Below are positions 38,844 through 46,839 of a stretch of 64,000 bases of DNA, piece after piece; positions within the stretch are counted from its first letter, which is position 1, and the number at the start of each line of letters is the position of its first letter. The notes below the pieces were generated by a model, which worked only from the letters and a program-made list of their open reading frames with translations, was not told where the DNA came from and did no database searches. Made by a program: the position numbers and the translations under genes. Source of the DNA: Candidatus Poribacteria bacterium (GTDB lineage: Bacteria; Poribacteria; WGA-4E; WGA-3G); NCBI GenBank assembly GCA_964291315.2, contig OZ219753.1:896001-960000 (forward strand). The letters run 5' to 3'.

Positions 38844-39325
38844 GCAGAAACCAACACCCTGTCTACGGAGACCCGCGACGATTTGAAGCCGTCGCAGATT
38901 TCGTCGCCTCGCGATACGCCAACAGGATCCAGTGCGTTGCGGATGTCGCCGGTGGCAAAGGGATATTAACACGGCTTCTCACAAAAAAGAAAAACTTTGC
39001 ATGCGAGCTCATCGATCCGAGGCGCGCGGTTCTCAAAGGTATTGAGCATCGACCTGAACAATTCGAGCCTGAGATGGCGGACTACTACGATCTGTTAGTT
39101 GGGCTCCATCCGGACGGTGCGCTTCGTCAATTAGGAGAGGCTGCACTCGTTCGTCCTGCTATAATTATTCCGTGTTGCAATTTCTGGGATGAACAGCGGC
39201 GCGGGCAGTCTGAATTATTAACTGCAATTGAAGACTTTTACCGCCGACACGCCGTCCGATTTGAACGGATTGCGCTGGGCTTCAAGGGACCGAAAAATAT
39301 CGCTATCGTATCCGAACCCGCTTGA
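38840..39325 (+). CDS. Small SAM-dependent methyltransferase-like protein
   Basis: VADVAGGKG, LIDPR, VGLHPD, IPCC; ATG 38840 overlaps the upstream stop. Confidence 0.65.
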   Translation: MSRNQHPVYGDPRRFEAVADFVASRYANRIQCVADVAGGKGILTRLLTKKKNFACELIDPRRAVLKGIEHRPEQFEPEMADYYDLLVGLHPDGALRQLGEAALVRPAIIIPCCNFWDEQRRGQSELLTAIEDFYRRHAVRFERIALGFKGPKNIAIVSEPA

Positions 39326-39353
39326 TTCTCAAAGCAGAGAAGGGACCATAAAT

Positions 39354-40820
39354 ATGGCACAACATCCCAATATTCTTTTCCTACTCACCGACCAGCAACG
39401 TTTCGATGCCCTCGGATGCAACGGGGCACCGATATGCAGAACGCCCGCCGTTGATGACATCGCAGCGACGGGGATGCGATTCACGAACGCCTACACACCT
39501 ATTGCACTCTGTTCACCCGCACGAGGGTCGCTGCTCACGGGACTCTATCCTCATAATCACGGACAACTTTCAAATATGGGAAATTTTAACGGTGTGTTCG
39601 CGAACCAGATCCTCGACAAACCCGCGTATCCAAAACTCTTAAGCCAAGCAGGCTATCGAGTGAGTTGCATCGGCAAATGGCATCTCGCCAAGGAAGGCGA
39701 TACAGAATTCTGGGGATACCACAAGTGGCACCCCTATAGCGAGTGGCATCAGTGGCTCCGTGATGACGGTATTGACTTCAGGATCGACAGGGACGCTGTG
39801 CAGCCGTTTGAATGGGGCGGCGAGGCACCGTTCTACGGAAAACTCCCGCTGCCGGCAGAACGCACGATGGAGGCCTGGACGGCAGATAAAACCATTGAAC
39901 TGCTCAACGACTACGCCGATTCTGAACAACCGTTTATGATCGCAGCGAACTTCTTCGGACCGCACTTCCCCTACGCCGTACCAGCCCCTTACCATGCCAT
40001 GTACGACCCAGATACCGTTGAACGGTGGGGCAACTTTGATGAACAGTTCATCAACAAACCGCTCATTCAACAGAAGGAGATGCTCCGATGGAACGCCAGC
40101 CATCTGACGTGGCCGGACTGGCAGAAAGTCATCGCTGCCTACTGGGGGTTTTGCACCTTTATTGACGACCAGATCAGACGAATCCTCGACTGCCTTGAGG
40201 CGAACGGTTTGGCAGAAAACACCGTTGTCCTCTTTTCAACCGATCACGGCGATATGCTCGGCAGTCATCGCTTGTTCAACAAAGGTTTCCACATGTACGA
40301 GGAAACACATCACATCCCGCTTGTGATCCGTTGGCCTGGCACAACGCCCCCCGGCACGACATGTGACGCATTCGTGAACCTTGTAGACCTCATGCCGACC
40401 TTCTTAGACCTCTGCGGCGCATCCATGCCTGAACATCTCAATACCGGCAGGCAACCCCCACCGAAACTTGACGGTAGATCAATCGTGCGGCTGTTAAAAG
40501 GCGAAACCGTGGACGATTGGCCCGACGATGCGTTCGCTGAATTCCACGGCTACGAACCAACCCTCGCCTCCGTTAGAATGGTAAGAACGGACTCATGGAA
40601 ATACGTCTACAACCCTTACAGTGAAGATGAACTCTACGACATGAAGAGCGATCCGCACGAACTCCATAACGTAGCCAACCAGCTCGGCTATAAGCACGTT
40701 CTCCGACGCATGAAAGAACGTATGGTTAAACGTTTACGACAAACGAGAGATAACATCGCTATGGAAGGCGGGTGGCAGAGCAATTCCTTCGACCTGCTGA
40801 TCTCCGACCGCGAGCAATAG
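39354..40820 (+). CDS. Sulfatase (Cys-type formylglycine-dependent)
   Basis: PNILFLLTDQ, CSPARGSLLTG, GKWH, TDHGD. Confidence 0.93.
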   Translation: MAQHPNILFLLTDQQRFDALGCNGAPICRTPAVDDIAATGMRFTNAYTPIALCSPARGSLLTGLYPHNHGQLSNMGNFNGVFANQILDKPAYPKLLSQAGYRVSCIGKWHLAKEGDTEFWGYHKWHPYSEWHQWLRDDGIDFRIDRDAVQPFEWGGEAPFYGKLPLPAERTMEAWTADKTIELLNDYADSEQPFMIAANFFGPHFPYAVPAPYHAMYDPDTVERWGNFDEQFINKPLIQQKEMLRWNASHLTWPDWQKVIAAYWGFCTFIDDQIRRILDCLEANGLAENTVVLFSTDHGDMLGSHRLFNKGFHMYEETHHIPLVIRWPGTTPPGTTCDAFVNLVDLMPTFLDLCGASMPEHLNTGRQPPPKLDGRSIVRLLKGETVDDWPDDAFAEFHGYEPTLASVRMVRTDSWKYVYNPYSEDELYDMKSDPHELHNVANQLGYKHVLRRMKERMVKRLRQTRDNIAMEGGWQSNSFDLLISDREQ

Positions 40821-40975
40821 TTTGTGTTGCTACCTTGTGCAACATCATCCGTTGTAGCATGGTTTCCTGTTAGGCTGTGCCGCATAGCCCTCAGAAAAAG
40901 GTTGAAACCCCAAAATATGCGTGGTATGATTGGAATTAACCAGAAACCTAACAATTTTATGATAGAGGTAATATT

Positions 40976-41752
40976 ATGTTTGGCGATGTACTTTCCCGCC
41001 GCTGGCTCCAAGTAGGGCTGGCGTTCTTTGTGCTGCTGGTGGTCGGTAGCCTGCTGTATAGTTGCCACCCTCAACGCACGACAGAAAAAGCGATGGAACA
41101 GCACAACCGATCTTTGCAGGAGCATGCGGAACAGAACGAGACACGCCCCGCAGCAGTTGACGTTCCGACAGAGACCGAGACACCCGTACGTGTGAATACA
41201 CTCGATGAAAACCCGGACACACCGACCTCCGAGGCGACCGAGGAGCTACCTAACGAGATCGAAGATACATCCTTGCCCGAAGACTCCACCGCAGAGGAGG
41301 ACATCGCCGAGGATGTCCCTGTTTCGCCCTTCGGCTTTGGACCGTATCCTGAAATTCCAGCCGATTTCCCCCACCTTCAAAGTTGGGATCAAATCGTAGA
41401 CGAGTCAGACCCAGACTGGGAGTTAATGGCACGCGTCATGATAAAACTCTGGAAACAGGGAACTGAAGTGATTGCTGCGGACATGACGAACGGCTTGGTA
41501 TATCCGACGCTCAAGGATACGCTCTATATCGAATGGGGTGAGACGAGCGGCCCTGATGGACCTGTTAGATACATTTTACAGGTGTCCGGCGATCCCGCGG
41601 CCGCGATGCGTCTGGAATCCATCACTGAAAACTTAGGGGAACATGAAAGTCTCTCCGAAGCGGATCTGCCTTCAGATATAACCTTCATCCCTTATAGTGA
41701 AGGAGGCATTGACCCGTACACATTTTTGGATTTACCCAAAAATAGGAGGTAA
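40976..41752 (+). CDS. Membrane-anchored hypothetical protein (TM, acidic linker, globular C-domain)
   Basis: GAGG RBS; N-terminal hydrophobic helix; E/T/P-rich linker; VSPFGFGPYPEIPADFP...ELMARVMIKLWKQG. Confidence 0.75.
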   Translation: MFGDVLSRRWLQVGLAFFVLLVVGSLLYSCHPQRTTEKAMEQHNRSLQEHAEQNETRPAAVDVPTETETPVRVNTLDENPDTPTSEATEELPNEIEDTSLPEDSTAEEDIAEDVPVSPFGFGPYPEIPADFPHLQSWDQIVDESDPDWELMARVMIKLWKQGTEVIAADMTNGLVYPTLKDTLYIEWGETSGPDGPVRYILQVSGDPAAAMRLESITENLGEHESLSEADLPSDITFIPYSEGGIDPYTFLDLPKNRR

Positions 41753-41757
41753 CACCG

Positions 41758-42354
41758 ATGAAAAAGATGAGTGTTATTTTTAGCTTGATATTGACATTCT
41801 TTTTCTGTGTCGACGTTTTGAATGGTTACAACTCACAGCTTTACAAGAAAACTTCACTCGAAAAGTTTGTCCGCTCTAGAGCGCGAGAGAGACCGTCTCC
41901 GCCGAATGCGGTCAGTGCCTACACGAAAGCATTGTCTCAAGTGGATATAGACTACCCTGAAGAAGGGCGTGGTGAAAATCATATCAAGTATGAAGGATAC
42001 GCCTACCTGAAGGCCTACGGCTGGAAAGGTACCTACCGCATATCTGCTTCAGCATACAGTTCTTCTTCGTCGCAAAGCGGTACATGGTGGTCTGGGGTGT
42101 ATAGGGAGTTCAACCCGAGGCAGACAGTGAGCTATTCGCAAAATCTCGATGACACTTATGCGATAGATTATTTCTATTATGTGCATGGAAAAGCCGCCGT
42201 AGATGGCATTCGTTACCAATCCGATCCAACGAACACTTTTTCGTCTGAAGCAGATGCTCACAATTTCAGTTACAGCTCACGTGTCACGTGGGATTGTAAA
42301 CGATCAAAATCTAGTAACATCTATAATGGTAGTCTCTGCAGAATGTGTAACTAA
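41758..42354 (+). CDS. Secreted Tyr/Ser-rich hypothetical protein with C-terminal CxxC
   Basis: AGGAGGT RBS, signal-like N-terminus, ends DCKR...LCRMCN. Confidence 0.7.
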   Translation: MKKMSVIFSLILTFFFCVDVLNGYNSQLYKKTSLEKFVRSRARERPSPPNAVSAYTKALSQVDIDYPEEGRGENHIKYEGYAYLKAYGWKGTYRISASAYSSSSSQSGTWWSGVYREFNPRQTVSYSQNLDDTYAIDYFYYVHGKAAVDGIRYQSDPTNTFSSEADAHNFSYSSRVTWDCKRSKSSNIYNGSLCRMCN

Positions 42355-42380
42355 TGGTCATAAAACGTTTTTAACTCTCC

Positions 42381-42406
42381 GGCAGGTAACCTATGGGTTA
42401 CCTGCC
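42381..42406. other. Perfect 11-bp intergenic stem-loop
   Basis: GGCAGGTAACC-tatg-GGTTACCTGCC; no U tract. Confidence 0.7.
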
Positions 42407-42420
42407 ATACAAAGAAGGTT

Positions 42421-42786
42421 GTGTTGTTTATGAAAAAATCTGTTTCAAGCATATTCAAGATTTTATCTAAAGTGTTGATCTGCCTCCTCTTGTTCAGTTT
42501 GTGGTCTCCGCTAATCGTTCCGATCCTCTTCTATTTCACTTTCGCAGACTCCACAATGAAGGCTCAGCTGCTATGGGATTGGGGCGAGTTCAATGGCATG
42601 GTGTACTCGACAGAAAAAAGTAAAGATGAGGGAATCACGCTCCATTTTGAAGATAAAGCTCTTTTAGTTGCGAAAAAAGTCAGTGACCTCGGCTTTTTAT
42701 GGATCCCTATTGGGTTCCTCTGGGCATTTTCAAGCAGGATATCTTCCTTCTTCCGACGCGATGTGGAGACACAAACACCGTTGTAG
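42421..42786 (+). CDS. Small two-TM membrane protein
   Basis: Two hydrophobic segments; AGAAGG RBS. Confidence 0.6.
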   Translation: MLFMKKSVSSIFKILSKVLICLLLFSLWSPLIVPILFYFTFADSTMKAQLLWDWGEFNGMVYSTEKSKDEGITLHFEDKALLVAKKVSDLGFLWIPIGFLWAFSSRISSFFRRDVETQTPL

Positions 42787-42942
42787 CATAGGCTGTTAGT
42801 CTGTGCTACACTCGTAGCATAGACTCTACTTGTAGCGTAGAGCGCCCACATGGGAGACAGCTGTAGCATAGACTCTACTTGTAGCATAGGTTGTTGGTAT
42901 CCTGTGCAATACGTGTAGCATGACCTGTTAGTCTGTGCTACA
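42782..42942. repeat. Cluster of GTAG-initiated REP-like imperfect palindromes
   Basis: TGTAGCATAGGCTGTTAGTCTGTGCTACA hairpin; GTAGCATAG-type units at 42783, 42814, 42832, 42863, 42881, 42915. Confidence 0.75.
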
Positions 42943-42953
42943 CAGTTTTTAAT

Positions 42954-42982
42954 TTGAATACTAAAAACAATTATGGTATAAT
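42954..42982 (+). promoter_or_regulatory. sigma70 promoter of the DUF499-DUF1156 operon
   Basis: TTGAAT, 17 bp, TATAAT preceded by TGG (extended -10). Confidence 0.7.
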
Positions 42983-43022
42983 TAACATATAACTAAAAAT
43001 TTAGATTAATAGGAACAAGATC

Positions 43023-43145
43023 GTGAGCAACCCGAACATATCAACAAAAACATCAGCGATGCCACTCTATCGCACGGGGCAGAGCAGCGCCCTCCGCTCC
43101 GGTACACAAGTCCTCACCTATTACCGCCCCCCCCCGCTTTACTAA
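43023..43145 (+). CDS. Putative 40-codon leader peptide containing a C9 tract
   Basis: AGGA RBS at 43011, GTG 43023, MSNPNISTKTSAMPLYRTGQSSALRSGTQVLTYYRPPPLY*; C run at 43127-43135. Confidence 0.55.
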   Translation: MSNPNISTKTSAMPLYRTGQSSALRSGTQVLTYYRPPPLY

Positions 43146-43254
43146 AGTTAAGTAGTTTTAAAAGCCAGCGCCCTAAACAATTCATATCAGGTTCTGATGC
43201 CTGCACGCCGTCTCCACTGTCTGTCGATAATCCGGGTCGGGGAGGGGGCCAACC

Positions 43255-46200
43255 ATGAACGCGATAGAACGGCCCTGCCGAGATATTCTCAACAGGGCGC
43301 TCGACATCTATCGCGATGCCATGCGCCCCTTCATCGTCAACACTTTGAAACAGGTGCGCGGCAGAACCGTCGAAGAAATCCTTTACGACTCACTGCCCAA
43401 ACAAGAGCTCCAATTCCAAGAACGTCTGCAAGCGAACGGCGGCGACGTTGAGGCCGTCATCGACATCAGCAATTTCCCTGCCCTCGTTAGCAGAAATTGG
43501 CACGGGGAGGCCTTTAGCCGGCGATTCAACGGCGATATGACGGTGCAAAATCACTTATACGTCATCGCGCAAGCCCGTAACAAAGCCGCACACCCTGATG
43601 GCACCGATCTTGATGCCGAATACACCCGGGCCCGCTTGCACGACATCGCCGACGTACTCGGCAGGATTAACGCGCCTGAGCAGAAACAGCGGGTTGAGGA
43701 GCTGCGGCAGGAACTCACCGGCACCGAAGAAAAAGCACAGCCGACTTCAGCAACAGGCAGCCGCAACGCATCTGCTACAGCCGCACGCCCAAGGCCCGCT
43801 GCCAATAAGAGTGGTCTCAAGCCTTGGCGCGAGGTGATCCCCCCAAATCTTGAACTCACACAAGGCACTTTTGAAGACGCAGAGCTGGCAGCGAATCTAC
43901 AAGAGGTCTACGATGGACGCGCCAGCGCAACCAGCTACGGCAACGCTGTCAGCTTCTTTAAGCAGACGCATCTCACAGCAGGTCTCCGATCGCTGCTGAC
44001 CAGCGCCCTCCAACGTCTTGCAGGCAAGGGCAGCGCACCCGTGATCCAAACCAAAACAGGATTCGGCGGCGGCAAAACGCACGGCCTCATCGCTCTTTAT
44101 CATCTCGCCAAGAGCATCGACGAACTCACACAACTCCCCGCTGATCCCGATACGGATAACTTGCGCGCCGACATTCACGCCATCGCGCAGGAATCCGGAT
44201 GGGACGGGGCGCGAAATCTGCAGCCCAAAGTCGCCGTCCTAGAAGGCACTTACCTGGCACCCACAGATCCCGAGGTGACAAAAGAGAACGGAGACCCGCT
44301 CAATACGCTCTGGGGAGTCATGGCGTACCAACTCGGCGGGCAGCCCGCATACAACCTCATCGGCGAGGCAGCGAGACGACAAGACTCCGCACCCCTCGGC
44401 GCACAATTGGACAAACTCTTTGAACACGTAGGACCTTGCGTCATCCTTATAGATGAACTGGTCGCTTACATGCTCAACTTCAACGACGACGATCTGCTCG
44501 GCGTGCATTACACCTTTATCCAAGCGCTCACCGAATCCGCACGTCGCGCAAAAAACGTCGTGGTTGTCGTAACGTTGCCAACGAGTCAACAGGAAGCAGG
44601 CGGCATCGAAGGCGAAACCATCCTCGCAACGCTTGAGGTCCGTATGGAACGCATCGAAGCCATCTGGAAACCGCTGGAGACCAGCGAATCATTTGAAATC
44701 GTACGCCGCAGACTCTTCGGCAACCAGATCGACGAAACTGAACGCGACCGCACCTGTGAGGCGTTCGTCGCCATGTACAATAGAAACCGGAAGGTATTCC
44801 CGCAAGGGGTGCACGAGCAACGTTACCTCGACCGCATGAAGGCGTGCTATCCGATCCACCCCGAGATATTTGAACGTCTCCACGCCGACTGGTCAACCAT
44901 TCACAGATTCCAACGCACGCGCGGCGTGCTGCGCCTCATGGCGAGCTGTATCAGCCGACTCTATCGAAGTAACGACAACTCGCCGCTCATCATGCCGGGG
45001 AACCTACCGCTCGACGATCCGAGCGTCACCGGCGAATTTGAGAAAATCCTGCCGGGGCGTTGGGAGGCGGTCTTCGCGGAAGCGGACAGCAATGACGGGC
45101 GCGCAGACCTCATCGACCAGCAACGAAAAGATTTCGCACAATGCGGGGGCGCGGCGCGCCGAATCGCACGAGCTGTCTTCCTCGGCAGCTGCCCCGGCGG
45201 CGCTATCCGCGGCATCGATACACCCCGCATCCTCCTCGGCACTGCACAACCGGGACACAGATCTAGCGTCTATACCGAAGCACTCACCGAAATGCGCGGC
45301 AGCCTCCACTATTTCTACAACGATGAGAATAGATACTACTTTCACACCGAAGAAAATCTCAACAAGGTCGCCATCGACCGCGCAGAGCAGATCAGCGAGG
45401 CGGAACTCCACGAACACATCGTCTCGCAAATCACGGAGGCTGTCAGAAGGCACACATCGAAACCGGTTATCTGCCCGGAGGACTTAGAGGCTGTCCCGGA
45501 CAGAGATGTGCCCCACCTTGTTATCCTGCCGCCCGATAAGCTACTGCGGAGCCGTTCCGCGGAAACCGACGAGGCAACGTCTGCAGCAGAGCGCATCCTC
45601 AAGCAGCACACCACGGGCAAACGCGTCTATCAGAATACGCCCCTCTTTCTTGCATCAAAAACAGACGATATGCGGGATCTAAAGAGCTACACGCGCGAAT
45701 ACCTCGCTTGGCACTCCATTACACAAGGTGACCAGCGCATCCGAGGTCTCAAAGATGAGCGTCTAAGGCAGGCGCAAGCGAGCCTCAGGAAAGCAGAGGA
45801 AGCTGTCCGTAGAACCATCCCAAAGGCGTGGCGATTCGCCATTGCACCGGCACAACTCGACCCGCAACATCCGGAACTTACGTTGACACCCGAACAGACG
45901 AAGGCCGCAGAGACCGGCGACATCGTGGAAGGCGCCTTGGAGGCACTCAGAACACGGGGGGCCCTCATCGGCTACGAAACCCCGGAAGAGCTCAACGCAC
46001 GCTTAACCGAATACATATGGAAGGATCAAAACCACATCAGCGTTCAGAAGGTGTGGGAAATGATGGCACAATACGTCCATATGCCCAGATTGGAAACCAG
46101 AGAAGTGCTCACAACTGCGGTTAAAGAGGGCGTGGAAAACGGAACCTTCGGATACGCAGAACGCTACGATGCCGATCAAGAAGACTACCACGGGCTGCAC

Positions 46201-46824
46201 TTTAAACAAGAGATAGCTGCCTTAACGCCCGAAGGGCTGATCGTCAAACCCGACATCGCAAGCGTTAAACCGAAACTCACACTGGCATCTCTCACACCCG
46301 TCTTGGACGAACACGTCTGGGGCACCAAACAGCCGCACATCCAGGTCGAACAGGTCCACCAGATGATGCCCGCACACTTCGACGAAGACGATCTGAAAGA
46401 GGGAAGCTTGATTGAATCGATTGAAAGAGGGGTGCCTGATGGGCAATTCGGTTACGCTACCGGAATCGCCGAAGACACCGACACCTACGAAGACCTGTTT
46501 TTCCGGCAGGCACTACCGCCAAACGTTGTAACCCTCAACGGACTGCTGATTGAACCCAGCACCGCCGCTGCCCAAAAAGAGACCGCAACCTCAGGTGCCA
46601 AACGCATCGTCGCCCGCAAAACTGTGGCAGGTGAAATTTCGCTTGACGACATAAATGACCTCCGCGAAGAGATCATCGCCCCCTTACGGGCAGACGGCGG
46701 CAACGTTAACATAGAGATTAGCATCACCGCCGATAAAGCAGAGGGGTTCTCTCCAAACATTGAACGTTCTGTCAAAGAAAACGGGGTTCAACTCAACGTT
46801 GAAGTTGAGGCTGAACCCAAATAG
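43255..46824 (+). CDS. DUF499 AAA+ ATPase with N-terminal Swt1-like HEPN domain (defence system component)
   Basis: RNKAAH (RxxxxH), LKPWREV, TGFGGGKTH Walker A, ILIDEL Walker B, YPIHPE, FQRTRGVLRLM. Confidence 0.88.
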   Translation: MNAIERPCRDILNRALDIYRDAMRPFIVNTLKQVRGRTVEEILYDSLPKQELQFQERLQANGGDVEAVIDISNFPALVSRNWHGEAFSRRFNGDMTVQNHLYVIAQARNKAAHPDGTDLDAEYTRARLHDIADVLGRINAPEQKQRVEELRQELTGTEEKAQPTSATGSRNASATAARPRPAANKSGLKPWREVIPPNLELTQGTFEDAELAANLQEVYDGRASATSYGNAVSFFKQTHLTAGLRSLLTSALQRLAGKGSAPVIQTKTGFGGGKTHGLIALYHLAKSIDELTQLPADPDTDNLRADIHAIAQESGWDGARNLQPKVAVLEGTYLAPTDPEVTKENGDPLNTLWGVMAYQLGGQPAYNLIGEAARRQDSAPLGAQLDKLFEHVGPCVILIDELVAYMLNFNDDDLLGVHYTFIQALTESARRAKNVVVVVTLPTSQQEAGGIEGETILATLEVRMERIEAIWKPLETSESFEIVRRRLFGNQIDETERDRTCEAFVAMYNRNRKVFPQGVHEQRYLDRMKACYPIHPEIFERLHADWSTIHRFQRTRGVLRLMASCISRLYRSNDNSPLIMPGNLPLDDPSVTGEFEKILPGRWEAVFAEADSNDGRADLIDQQRKDFAQCGGAARRIARAVFLGSCPGGAIRGIDTPRILLGTAQPGHRSSVYTEALTEMRGSLHYFYNDENRYYFHTEENLNKVAIDRAEQISEAELHEHIVSQITEAVRRHTSKPVICPEDLEAVPDRDVPHLVILPPDKLLRSRSAETDEATSAAERILKQHTTGKRVYQNTPLFLASKTDDMRDLKSYTREYLAWHSITQGDQRIRGLKDERLRQAQASLRKAEEAVRRTIPKAWRFAIAPAQLDPQHPELTLTPEQTKAAETGDIVEGALEALRTRGALIGYETPEELNARLTEYIWKDQNHISVQKVWEMMAQYVHMPRLETREVLTTAVKEGVENGTFGYAERYDADQEDYHGLHFKQEIAALTPEGLIVKPDIASVKPKLTLASLTPVLDEHVWGTKQPHIQVEQVHQMMPAHFDEDDLKEGSLIESIERGVPDGQFGYATGIAEDTDTYEDLFFRQALPPNVVTLNGLLIEPSTAAAQKETATSGAKRIVARKTVAGEISLDDINDLREEIIAPLRADGGNVNIEISITADKAEGFSPNIERSVKENGVQLNVEVEAEPK

Positions 46825-46839
46825 AGGGGAGCGACCCGA

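Noticed and set aside
43197-43451. 84-aa ORF overlapping the DUF499 start
   Set aside because: No RBS; an out-of-frame overlap with the ATPase gene.
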